24,086 nt of DNA from a virus (taxonomy: Duplodnaviria; Caudoviricetes), in IMG/VR virus record IMGVR_UViG_3300031688_000128, positions 1 to 24,086 of that record, one strand, 5' to 3'. Of this stretch, positions 15,230 through 24,086 are shown piece after piece; position 1 is the stretch's first letter, and each line of letters begins with the position of its first letter. Both the position numbers and the translations under genes were made by a program. The notes beneath the pieces are model-generated. The model saw nothing but the letters and a program-made list of their open reading frames with translations. It did not search any database and was not told the origin of the DNA.

Positions 15230-17986
15230 ATGAAAGTATTAAATGCAATGCAGTTAAAGAATGGTGCTAAGGCTGAAGGAGGCCCTACGTATTCAAGCTT
15301 AACACAACCAGTACAGTTTTTACCTTCTTCAGAAAAAACTGATGATTGGGCAGCATGGAATTTAGATTGGCTAGAACTACAAGGTGTAGAATTTTTAAGA
15401 TCAAATGCTAGAAGACTTTTAAAAAATTATAAGTTAGCAAAAGGTATTATTGATAAGTCTGACTATATAATTGAAGAAGACAATGATTATAAAGATATGA
15501 TGGATGTCCTAACAAAAGAAAATGATTCTGCGTTAGAGCTTAAGTTTTATCCTATTGTTCCTAATGTAATCAATGTACTAAGCGGTGAGTTTAGTAAGCG
15601 TTATAATAAAGTACAATTTAGAGCTGTTGATGACAAATCATATAATGAGATGTTAGCACAAAAACAACAAGAAATAGAAAACACTTTATTGGCTGATGCA
15701 GAAATGCAATTAGTTCAAAAAATGATAGAAGCAGGAATGGATCCTGCATCTGAAGAAGCACAACAACAACTATCACCTGAAAATTTAAAAACACTTCCTG
15801 AAATAGAAGACTACTTTAGTAAGTCTTATAGAAGTAGTATAGAAGAATGGGCAACTCACCAATTAAATGTGGATGAGGAAAGATTTAAAATGCATGAGCT
15901 AGAGGAAAGAGGTTTCCGTGATATGCTTATTGCAGATAGAGAGTTTTGGCATTTCCGCATGTTAGAGGATGACTATGATGTAGAGTTATGGAATCCTGTA
16001 TTAACGTTTTATCAAAAATCTCCAGATCAAAGATATATAGCTGATTCTAATTATGTAGGTAAGGTTGATTTGATGACTGTATCTGATGTAGTAGATAAGT
16101 ATGGTTATTTAATGGATGAAAGACAACTATCATCTTTACAAAGAATATATCCGGCACGTTCTGCACAATATCAAGTTAATGGTTATCAAAATGATGGATC
16201 ATATTATGATGCTACAAGATCTCATGAGTGGAATACAAATGCTCCAGGTTTAGCATACAGACAATATGTAAGTAATTATGGAGCTGATCCTGCAGCAGGT
16301 GGAGATATACTTTCTCAAATACTTTCTCAAAGTGAAGATCTAGAACAATGGGGTGATGGTAACTTAATGAGAGTATCTACAATTTATTGGAAGACTCAAA
16401 GAAAAGTAGGTCACTTAACTAAGATAGAATTTGATGGAGAAGTAACACAAGAAATTATAGATGAATCATTTAAGATAACTGAGAAAGCAGTTTATGATAC
16501 ATCAATATTTAAAAACAAATCTAAAGATACATTGCTACAAGGAGAGCATGTTGAATGGATTTGGATAAATGAAACGTGGGGTGGAGTAAAAGTAGGTCCT
16601 AATGTACCTGCTATGTGGAGAACCACAATGGATGATAATGTTAACCCTATATACTTAGGTATTAATAGGGAAAAGCCAGGAAGATTACCTTTTCAATTTA
16701 AAGGTGAAAATTCATTATATGGTTGTAAACTACCTGTAGAAGGTAGAGTTTTTTCTGATAGGAATACTAGATCAACATCTTTAGTAGATTTAATGAAAGC
16801 TTATCAAGTTGGTTACAATATGGTTAATAACCAGATTGCTGACATTCTAATAGATGAATTAGGAACAGTAATTATGTTTGATCAAAATGCTTTACCACGT
16901 CACTCTATGGGTGAAGATTGGGGTAAAAATAATTATGCAAAAGCATTTGTAGCAATGAAAGATTTTCAAATGCTGCCGCTAGATACATCAATTACAAATA
17001 CTGAGAATGCTACCAACTTTAATCACTATCAGACTCTAAACATGGAGCAGACTAGTAGATTAATGTCTAGAATACAATTAGCAAATTACTTTAAACAACA
17101 ATGTTTTGATTCTATTGGTATTAATCCACAACGATTAGGAGGAGCTGTATCTGCAGAAACCGCAACGGGTGTTGTAAATGCTATGCAACAATCATATGCA
17201 CAAACAGAAATATATTTTATACAGCATTCAGATCACCTAATGCCTAGAGTACATCAAATGAGAACTGACTTAGCTCAGTATTATAATAGTACTAATCCAA
17301 GTGTTAGATTATCTTATATATCTACAGAGGCTCAGAAGGTTAATTTTACTATAAATGGTACTGATCTATTACTTAGAGATTTTAACGTATTTGCAACTAC
17401 TAAAACTAATCACAGAGCAATCTTAGAACAACTTAAACAAATGGCGTTAACTAATAATACTACAGGAGCTTCAATTTATGAGCTTGGTAATATTGTTAAA
17501 GCAGATTCAATATCTGAAGTAACTGATATTTTAAGAGATTCTGAAAGTAGAGTTGAACAACAAAGAGCTCAAGATATGCAGCAACAACGTCAAATGCAAG
17601 AACAACAACTTCAAGCTAAAGCTCAAGATGAGCAACAAAAACTACAAGTTGAAATGCAAGAGAATGATAAAGACAGACAAAATGATATAACTATTGCTGA
17701 AATTAGATCGGCAGGCTTTGGAGCACAAGTAGATATAAATCAAAACCAAGTATCTGATTATCAAGATGCAATGAAAGATATTAGAGAAACTACAAGGTTC
17801 CAAGAACAAACAAATCTTAAGCGTGATGAAATGGCAATGAAAGGTAGTATGGAATCTGCAAGACTTCAAGTTGAAAGAGAAAAAATTGCAGCAACAAGAG
17901 ATGTTGCAAACAAAGATTTACAAATTGCAAGAACTAACAAAAATCAATACGATGTTAAAGATTCTAAAAAATCTGATAAGAAATAA
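15230..17986 (+). CDS. portal protein (crAss-like, 918 aa)
   Basis: Position after terL; YPIVPNVINVLSGEFSKR, GINPQRLG and ETATGV...QS segments; long Q-rich C-terminal coiled coil like a P22-type barrel. Confidence 0.85.
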   Translation: MKVLNAMQLKNGAKAEGGPTYSSLTQPVQFLPSSEKTDDWAAWNLDWLELQGVEFLRSNARRLLKNYKLAKGIIDKSDYIIEEDNDYKDMMDVLTKENDSALELKFYPIVPNVINVLSGEFSKRYNKVQFRAVDDKSYNEMLAQKQQEIENTLLADAEMQLVQKMIEAGMDPASEEAQQQLSPENLKTLPEIEDYFSKSYRSSIEEWATHQLNVDEERFKMHELEERGFRDMLIADREFWHFRMLEDDYDVELWNPVLTFYQKSPDQRYIADSNYVGKVDLMTVSDVVDKYGYLMDERQLSSLQRIYPARSAQYQVNGYQNDGSYYDATRSHEWNTNAPGLAYRQYVSNYGADPAAGGDILSQILSQSEDLEQWGDGNLMRVSTIYWKTQRKVGHLTKIEFDGEVTQEIIDESFKITEKAVYDTSIFKNKSKDTLLQGEHVEWIWINETWGGVKVGPNVPAMWRTTMDDNVNPIYLGINREKPGRLPFQFKGENSLYGCKLPVEGRVFSDRNTRSTSLVDLMKAYQVGYNMVNNQIADILIDELGTVIMFDQNALPRHSMGEDWGKNNYAKAFVAMKDFQMLPLDTSITNTENATNFNHYQTLNMEQTSRLMSRIQLANYFKQQCFDSIGINPQRLGGAVSAETATGVVNAMQQSYAQTEIYFIQHSDHLMPRVHQMRTDLAQYYNSTNPSVRLSYISTEAQKVNFTINGTDLLLRDFNVFATTKTNHRAILEQLKQMALTNNTTGASIYELGNIVKADSISEVTDILRDSESRVEQQRAQDMQQQRQMQEQQLQAKAQDEQQKLQVEMQENDKDRQNDITIAEIRSAGFGAQVDINQNQVSDYQDAMKDIRETTRFQEQTNLKRDEMAMKGSMESARLQVEREKIAATRDVANKDLQIARTNKNQYDVKDSKKSDKK
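16307..16330 (+). repeat. 12-nt perfect tandem duplication in portal (ILSQ x2)
   Basis: ATACTTTCTCAA ATACTTTCTCAA, in frame. Confidence 0.8.
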
Positions 17987-17988
17987 TT

Positions 17989-18003
17989 AACGTTAGCTAT
18001 ATA
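17989..18003 (+). promoter_or_regulatory. repeated motif AACGTTAGCTATATA, copy 3
   Basis: 15-nt identity with the minus-strand copy at 4478-4492; starts 2 nt after the portal stop. Confidence 0.6.
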
Positions 18004-18014
18004 CTGCAAAAAAC

Positions 18015-18074
18015 TTTACATAAATGTAAAATAATAAAAGTTTATCTATTGTAGTATAGCTAAACTTTTATTAT
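18015..18074. repeat. two adjacent inverted repeats
   Basis: TTTACAT-AA-ATGTAAA (18015-18030); 19-bp arms 18031-18049 and 18056-18074 with one mismatch and a 6-nt loop. Confidence 0.7.
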
Positions 18075-18114
18075 ATTGTATATATAAGTACTAAATATTT
18101 AAACCAACAATATT

Positions 18115-19425
18115 ATGAATACAAAAGAAACCGCTGTGAATAGCAATGTAGAAACATTAGATATTAATTTAGATGAGATCTTTAACGGTGCTCCAAGCGC
18201 TGGTGATGTAACATTACCTGAAGAAAGTAAATCTCAACCTAATATTTTATCTGGGTTAAATAAAAAAGCTGATTTTTCATTTGCTGATGTAGATGAAGAC
18301 GGTGTAGATGATTTAACTAAAAAAGATTCTGTACAAGCAGAAACTAAAGAAACAAGTAATTTAGAAGATGCACTACCAGAATCTAATGAGGCATCAAAAG
18401 ATGCCGCAGAATCAGCTGATGATATTTTAGATGCATTAGATGATGAGACTGAGGAAGATTTAGAGAAGAAAGAAAAAAGAGGTAGAAAGTCAATTAATGG
18501 TATATCTGATGTATTCAGCAAACTTATTAAAGATGACAAAATTGTACCTTTTGATGATGAAAAATCATTGGATGATTACAGTGCAAAGGATTGGGAAGAA
18601 TTAATTGAAGCTAACTTAGAAGAAAAAGCTAATCAAGTAAGACGTGAAACTCCTAAACAATTTTTTGCAAGTTTACCAGAAGAATTACAAATTGCTGCAA
18701 GATATGTAGCAGATGGAGGAACAGATATTAAAGGTTTATTTAATACTTTAGGTAGTGTTGAAGAAACTAAACAATTAAGTCTTAAATCTGAAACAGATCA
18801 AGAAACAATTATTAAAGAATATTTAGGTGCAACTGGATATGGAACTTCAGATGAAATAGCTGAAGAGATAGAAATTTGGAAAGACTTAGGTAAACTTGAA
18901 AAGCAAGCTGCTAAGTTTAAGCCTAAGTTAGATAAGATGCAAGAAAAAATTGTTGTTAAAAAACTTGAAGAACAAGATTTAAAAAGGAAACAACAAGAGC
19001 AAGCATCTAAAAAATATATGTCAAGTGTATATAAAACACTTGAAGAAGGTACTTTAGGAGATATCAAAATAGATAGAAAAACACAAGCCATGTTATATAA
19101 TGGTTTAGTACAACCTAGTTATCCTTCAGTAAGTGGAAAGAATACAAACTTGCTAGGACACTTATTAGAAAAGTATCAATTTGTTGAACCAAATTATACA
19201 TTAATTTCTGAAGCATTATGGTTACTTCAAGATCCAGAAGGATATAAATCAAAAATAATGGATAAGGGAGCTCAAAAAAGTGTTGAGCAAACTGTAAGAA
19301 AACTAAAGACTGCTGCAGCTAGTAATAGTTCTGCATCATTAGGTATACAGGAAAAAGATAGTGCTAAAAGAAAACCAGTAGGTAAGAAATTACCAAGAAC
19401 CAACAACATTTTTAAACGAATTTAA
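18115..19425 (+). CDS. acidic protein, probable capsid scaffolding protein
   Basis: D/E-rich low-complexity N-terminus, helical core, basic C-terminus; lies between portal and MCP. Confidence 0.65.
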   Translation: MNTKETAVNSNVETLDINLDEIFNGAPSAGDVTLPEESKSQPNILSGLNKKADFSFADVDEDGVDDLTKKDSVQAETKETSNLEDALPESNEASKDAAESADDILDALDDETEEDLEKKEKRGRKSINGISDVFSKLIKDDKIVPFDDEKSLDDYSAKDWEELIEANLEEKANQVRRETPKQFFASLPEELQIAARYVADGGTDIKGLFNTLGSVEETKQLSLKSETDQETIIKEYLGATGYGTSDEIAEEIEIWKDLGKLEKQAAKFKPKLDKMQEKIVVKKLEEQDLKRKQQEQASKKYMSSVYKTLEEGTLGDIKIDRKTQAMLYNGLVQPSYPSVSGKNTNLLGHLLEKYQFVEPNYTLISEALWLLQDPEGYKSKIMDKGAQKSVEQTVRKLKTAAASNSSASLGIQEKDSAKRKPVGKKLPRTNNIFKRI

Positions 19426-19478
19426 TTAAACAATTAAATATAAACAATAATTATTAACAACAAAAACAAGTAAAAATT

Positions 19479-21098
19479 ATGGCAACTCCAGTATTAAATA
19501 ATGGGATTTTCCTAAGAGATACAAGCTACAAGGCTAGTTCTCATGTTGATTCTTACCACCTAACACAGATGCTCGGTAACGCTGAGCCTATGGATATGGG
19601 ACCAGTTGATCTTTGGGCAATGACCCAAAAGGTAGAAATGCCTTTGTATCAAATGGCATCATTTGGAGGAAAGAATACTATCATGGTGGACAATGCGCGT
19701 GGTGAGTATAAATGGCAAACTCCTATTGCACAAGATTTACCTTATATCATCGCTGATATTGAGGTAGCAAACACTACTAAAGGTGTAGATGGTACTACCT
19801 TTAAAATTAAAATTTCCAAAAGAACTTTTGGTCATGGTGATATTATCACTTATGATAAGTACAATGGATTAGAACTTTACATTACGGCTGATGATATTAT
19901 CCCAGCAGGTGACGGTTTTATCTACACTGTTCAATTGGTAAACAACAACAACGCGGCTAGCTTAGATAATAAGTATTTAGCTAAAGGTACAAAGTTCTTC
20001 AGAAAAGGTTCTGCAAGAGGTGAGTATGGAGAGCGTTTTTCTGACATTGAAACAGGATCTGGTTTCCGTGAATTCTACAACTTTGTAGGTGGAGCAGAAG
20101 CACATGTACATTATTCTATTTCTAGCCGTGCTGATCTTATGATCAAAGGTGGTTTGAATGCTGATGGTACTGTACCAGTAACTGAGATTTGGAGAAACTT
20201 TAACACAGATCCTAACAATCCATCGGTACCTAGTATTGAAGGACTTGTAGCAAATATGGGTAAAGCAGGAGCTAGAGAAGCATTTGAAAATGGAACTCTT
20301 ACAAGAACTTTCATTACAAATATGGAAGCAGCTCACTTATCTAAAATTGCAACGGATATTGAAACTTACCTAATGTGGGGTAAAGGTGGTAGAATTAAAC
20401 AAGATGGACCGGATGATATTAGATTATCTGTAGGTTTATGGGCACAGTTAGATAACTCTTTCAAAAGAGTATATAACAAGTCTTCATTTACTCTTGACAT
20501 GTTTAAGTCTGAACTTTATAACTTCTACCAAGGTAAAGTTGAATTCAAAGGGCCAGACCCACAAAGATCACTTGTTGTACAAACAGGTATTGCAGGAATG
20601 CAATTGATCAACAAAGCTATTGCTGATGAAGTATATGGTTCAGGTCTAGTTCAAAATGCATCAGATATCGGAGCTGTTAAAGGTTCAGGTATGGATTTAG
20701 ATTATGGTTTTGCTTACACAAGCTTTACTATTCCTTTCTTAGCTAACGTTAAGTTTGTATTGAATCCTGCATTTGATAATTTAAATACTAATGACATTGA
20801 GAACCCATTAATTGATGGTCGTCCTCTAAGTTCTTATAGCTTTATTATCTTTGATGTAACAGATGAAGGAAATGACAACATTCACTTGTTGAAACTTTCT
20901 TGGGATAATCAACTTAAGTGGTTCTACCAAAATGGTACTATGGACTACATGGGAAGAACTCAAGGTTTTGCTTCTACTGGAAACTTCAATGGTTACCGAG
21001 TTATGATGACTCAAACAATGCCTGCTATTTGGGTTAAAGATCCAACTAAAGTTCTTAAAATTGTAATGAGAAACCCTGTTACAGGAGGATCATTCTAG
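19479..21098 (+). CDS. major capsid protein (crAss-like, 539 aa)
   Basis: Position after the scaffold; many C-ending codons (TTC, AAC, TAC) suggesting high expression; followed by a strong terminator. Confidence 0.85.
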   Translation: MATPVLNNGIFLRDTSYKASSHVDSYHLTQMLGNAEPMDMGPVDLWAMTQKVEMPLYQMASFGGKNTIMVDNARGEYKWQTPIAQDLPYIIADIEVANTTKGVDGTTFKIKISKRTFGHGDIITYDKYNGLELYITADDIIPAGDGFIYTVQLVNNNNAASLDNKYLAKGTKFFRKGSARGEYGERFSDIETGSGFREFYNFVGGAEAHVHYSISSRADLMIKGGLNADGTVPVTEIWRNFNTDPNNPSVPSIEGLVANMGKAGAREAFENGTLTRTFITNMEAAHLSKIATDIETYLMWGKGGRIKQDGPDDIRLSVGLWAQLDNSFKRVYNKSSFTLDMFKSELYNFYQGKVEFKGPDPQRSLVVQTGIAGMQLINKAIADEVYGSGLVQNASDIGAVKGSGMDLDYGFAYTSFTIPFLANVKFVLNPAFDNLNTNDIENPLIDGRPLSSYSFIIFDVTDEGNDNIHLLKLSWDNQLKWFYQNGTMDYMGRTQGFASTGNFNGYRVMMTQTMPAIWVKDPTKVLKIVMRNPVTGGSF

Positions 21099-21110
21099 AA
21101 CTAAATAATT

Positions 21111-21146
21111 AAAGGGGAGGAGTTAATCTTCCTCCCTTTTTATTTT
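21111..21146 (+). terminator. intrinsic terminator after MCP
   Basis: GGGAGGA-GTTAATCT-TCCTCCC followed by TTTTTATTTT. Confidence 0.85.
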
Positions 21147-21166
21147 AATCTTTAAAACAAATAAAT

Positions 21167-21361
21167 ATGGGACTAGATATAAAGTTAGCAAATAAAACAT
21201 ATGAATTTTCAAATTCAAGTGTGTCTAAAATTATCTCTTCAAAATCAGTTGGGAAAGATATATTAGTCAGAGACTACGCAAATAATGCAGCAGCAATTGC
21301 AGCAGGTTTAGTCAAAGGTGATCTATACCATTCTACAGGAGATTTGAAGGTTGTAGTATAA
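21167..21361 (+). CDS. small structural protein candidate (64 aa)
   Basis: A-rich leader; C-terminal YANNAAAIAAGLVKGDLYH...LKVV resembles ends of fibre-like Bacteroidota/phage proteins (from memory). Confidence 0.65.
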   Translation: MGLDIKLANKTYEFSNSSVSKIISSKSVGKDILVRDYANNAAAIAAGLVKGDLYHSTGDLKVVV

Positions 21362-21484
21362 TAAAAGTCAAAAACTTTAGCAAGACTAAACATCTTGCTT
21401 TAGAAATTATTAATATATAAAAACGTACATAAAATATGTACCTTTGATTTTGTTAAATTACTAATTTTAAAAACCAAAAAAACA

Positions 21485-22501
21485 ATGAGCGATTACACAA
21501 TTGTAGAAAAGTATCAATTAGGGAAAAGTGCAACTATTGCTGTACGTCCTTTTTTTAGTCCTAATAAAGAAAATATGGGATTAGAACAATATGGATTATC
21601 ACTTCATGATGGAGTATACCATGAAGAAAATCTAGCCTGTTTAGAAATGAATGGTGTTAAACGGTATATAACTGGGTTAAATGAATTTGATCCTAAAGTT
21701 AAAATGCTTCCTAAAGATAAGAAAAAAAATAAGATTAAGGAAATTAGAGATGTAGTAGCTCAATTAGAAGCAGAGTTAGCAGCTAATGTAGTTGATCCAA
21801 ATGATAAGGATTTTTGGAACAAATTAACAATCATGAAACCTGACAACTCTAAGTTTTGGGATAAAATAAGTTTAAGATGTGGAAATGACCCTGTGTTTTT
21901 AGATCCAGAGAAAGATCCATATGATTTAATTAAATTACACGCAATAAATGCAGGTGGTTTTTCAATTGTAGCTAAGTCATTAAGAGAAGCTAAAGAAATG
22001 AATAACCCTCCTAAATTTTATTTAGATACAGTTGAAGAAAGTTTAAGTACTCGTACTGAATTAAGTAAAATTAAAAACAGAGCATTAGTTGAATTACAAA
22101 AATTGTATGATTCTAATACTGCTAAATTAATTTATGTTGCAAAGATATGTGATGTAGATAGTGTACAATATGTTAAATCTACACCTAATGATATTCTATA
22201 TGAAAATATGGATAATTATATTAATGGGTTAGGTGCTGAGTCTTCTAAGAAAAAAGCTGCTAGTCAGTTTTTAGAGGTATCTCAACTTACAATGGAAGAT
22301 TTAAAAATAAGAGCAGTGGTAAAAGACGCTTTATATTATAGATTTATAACTACAAAAGCTGGAGGTTGGATTGAACCAATTGACAGTGGTATTAGATTAG
22401 GTAAAAGACCTTCTGAAGTATTAGAGTTTTTAAAGAAACCTGAAAATGATGAAGCATTGACATCTATTTTAGAAAAAGTAGAACCATATTGGAATTCTTA
22501 A
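21485..22501 (+). CDS. head-module protein of unknown function (338 aa)
   Basis: Long ORF at the post-MCP position held by a conserved unknown in crAss-like phages; synteny only. Confidence 0.75.
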   Translation: MSDYTIVEKYQLGKSATIAVRPFFSPNKENMGLEQYGLSLHDGVYHEENLACLEMNGVKRYITGLNEFDPKVKMLPKDKKKNKIKEIRDVVAQLEAELAANVVDPNDKDFWNKLTIMKPDNSKFWDKISLRCGNDPVFLDPEKDPYDLIKLHAINAGGFSIVAKSLREAKEMNNPPKFYLDTVEESLSTRTELSKIKNRALVELQKLYDSNTAKLIYVAKICDVDSVQYVKSTPNDILYENMDNYINGLGAESSKKKAASQFLEVSQLTMEDLKIRAVVKDALYYRFITTKAGGWIEPIDSGIRLGKRPSEVLEFLKKPENDEALTSILEKVEPYWNS

Positions 22502-22511
22502 AATATAAATA

Positions 22512-23216
22512 ATGAATAATAATACCCTTTTAATAAAACTAAAACAAAGGTTAAATAAACTAGATAGTCAAGATTTTGACAATATAGAATGTTGGCAATT
22601 TGTTGAAGCTTTTAATAAAGCTCAAGTTGAATGGTGTAGAAGAAATTTGCACGGGGGTAACATGTATAAAGAAGGTGATGAGTTATCTAAGAAAAGAATA
22701 GATGACTTACAACCTTTGTTAATTGAATTATCTTTAACAGGAACAACTACAGATAAGTATTTTGAAACTAATAATTTTCCAGTTGAAACATATTTGGAAT
22801 TTAAAAAAGTTAGTACTAATGCTAAAACAGAATGTTGTCCAGCTAGAGATATGACGGTTTATTTAGCAGAAGAAGCAAATGTAAATTTAATTCTAAGAGA
22901 TCCTTTAAAGAATCCAGATTTTGAATGGGGTGAAACATTTTGTACTATGATAAATAATACAATAAGAATCTATAGAAATACAGACTTTACAATAGTTAAT
23001 CCAGTATTAACTTATTATAGACAACCTGTATACATAGAAATATTAAATTGTGTTGATCCTTATACAGGGGTGGTATCATTAACAAATATAGAATGTGAAT
23101 TTAAAGATGATTTAGCAGAAGTAATGTTAGATGATGCTGCGGCTATTATTGCTGGGGATATAGAAAGTGTATATCAACAACAAAGAGCACAAGCTGCTGC
23201 TGAAAGAAACAATTAA
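22512..23216 (+). CDS. putative tail ring / head-tail adaptor protein
   Basis: 234 aa; N-terminal helices (FNKAQVEW), LTYYRQP, C-terminal helix; size and position match crAss-like ring proteins. Confidence 0.6.
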   Translation: MNNNTLLIKLKQRLNKLDSQDFDNIECWQFVEAFNKAQVEWCRRNLHGGNMYKEGDELSKKRIDDLQPLLIELSLTGTTTDKYFETNNFPVETYLEFKKVSTNAKTECCPARDMTVYLAEEANVNLILRDPLKNPDFEWGETFCTMINNTIRIYRNTDFTIVNPVLTYYRQPVYIEILNCVDPYTGVVSLTNIECEFKDDLAEVMLDDAAAIIAGDIESVYQQQRAQAAAERNN

Positions 23217-23341
23217 TATATGATATAACATTATTATTTTGTATATTAATATAGTAACACAGAAGTTACGAACAGAGTAAACTGTTAAAATCATTATATA
23301 TAACCGGTGGGGGTAATGGTCCTCACACAAATTAATTAATT

Positions 23342-24086
23342 ATGGCATATTTTAATAATGCGTTTTACAAAACGTTTGTGGCATCCTCAACTGAAGCAGT
23401 TGCAGGTGTGTCAACTTCTTTGCTTACAGCAGGGGAGTTAGGGCTTGTGAAAGATTCTGATTGGACAACAATGGCCATTCCAGGAGCTGCCTTACCGGCT
23501 AATTCACACGCTTACTTGGTTCAAGGAAGTTTCTACACAAAAGACACGATTGGTAACAATCCAGGTCATGGTGGATACAAAGAATCAGTAAAATCAAAAG
23601 GTATTAACCCTAAGTACATCTCAAGAGTATGGGCTGCAGATTGTTTAACTGCTCAGCAGGCAACTGCTTCTTTAGCTTTAGGAGCTGAATGTACTCCATG
23701 TGGAACTACACAATTCATGAGAATGGATGTGAAAGGTTCTCCAGCATTACGTTTCTTAAATCACAATGCTTATGCAATTGGTGATTCTGCAAACATTTGC
23801 TGTATTGATGGACAAGAATTTTTAGATCCTGCATTAGTGTTAGCTACTGAAGCTGCACAAGTTGTTGGAAATGGATTAGCAAAAAGCGATGTAGGATACC
23901 AAGCAGGTAACCCATTAATTACTCCATTTGTAGCTGAAGCTGATTTAAATGGTGTTGAAACTGCAACTTTATCTGGTGGTGTAGGTTATTCTGCTACTGT
24001 TGGTGCTGCTTCTGCTGCAACTACTGTTTCTCCTGCTGGAGGATCTGGTGCTGCAATTAACATTTTAACTGTAAGCGGAACAGGTG
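23342..24086 (+). CDS. virion structural protein, possibly auxiliary capsid protein; runs off window, not in ORF track
   Basis: Open from ATG 23342 (MAYFNNAFYKTFVASSTEAVAG...GGYKESVKSKGINPKYIS...) to the window end; A/G/T/S-rich; position after the ring-like gene. Confidence 0.75.
   Translation, partial: MAYFNNAFYKTFVASSTEAVAGVSTSLLTAGELGLVKDSDWTTMAIPGAALPANSHAYLVQGSFYTKDTIGNNPGHGGYKESVKSKGINPKYISRVWAADCLTAQQATASLALGAECTPCGTTQFMRMDVKGSPALRFLNHNAYAIGDSANICCIDGQEFLDPALVLATEAAQVVGNGLAKSDVGYQAGNPLITPFVAEADLNGVETATLSGGVGYSATVGAASAATTVSPAGGSGAAINILTVSGTG

Noticed and set aside
13021-21098. Inteins or introns in terL, portal or MCP
   Set aside because: Frames are continuous; I saw no intein terminal or LAGLIDADG motifs by eye.
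21096-21104. MCP TAG read-through giving an extended capsid protein
   Set aside because: An in-frame TAA follows after one codon and a terminator follows immediately.
1551-23330. Track ORFs antisense to real genes (1551, 4007, 4090, 10993, 13509, 13797, 17642, 18234, 18798, 19977, 20111, 20826, 23127)
   Set aside because: Shadow frames opposite well-supported genes, with unnatural S/F/I/L-rich composition.
1-24086. Stop-codon reassignment (TAG or TGA), known in some crAss-like phages
   Set aside because: Large genes are intact in the standard code, and TAA, TAG and TGA all end genes at sensible, tightly coupled boundaries.

Overview
AT-rich bacteriophage DNA with two divergent arms. The gene order on the + arm matches crAss-like (Crassvirales-type) podoviruses of Bacteroidota: PD-(D/E)XK nuclease, large terminase, ~900-aa portal, acidic scaffold-like protein, major capsid protein, an unknown, a ring-like protein and an auxiliary-capsid-like protein. 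A-rich starts without Shine-Dalgarno sequences and TAnnTTTG-like boxes fit a Bacteroidota host. Positions 1-7247 (minus strand) hold small early/replication-type genes: an SF2 helicase, an HNH protein, an HTH protein, an SSB-like protein and several membrane or zinc-finger microproteins missed by the ORF track. Positions 7498-24086 (plus strand) hold the late arm: basic microproteins, an amidase endolysin, an HU-like protein, GroES and the head genes. The main unexplained signals are a 13-15 nt motif (CGTTAGCTATATA) found three times, always intergenic; a TTGTATA box ahead of late gene blocks; a ~400-nt noncoding region with 10-bp-phased GTGGT repeats; structured intergenic elements; a 50-aa protein with canonical C2H2 zinc-finger spacing; and a GroES gene coupled to the terminase. 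I found no tRNA, CRISPR array, intein or stop-codon recoding. All family calls come from motif recognition and synteny, not database searches. I see no unambiguous novel multi-gene system, only candidates.
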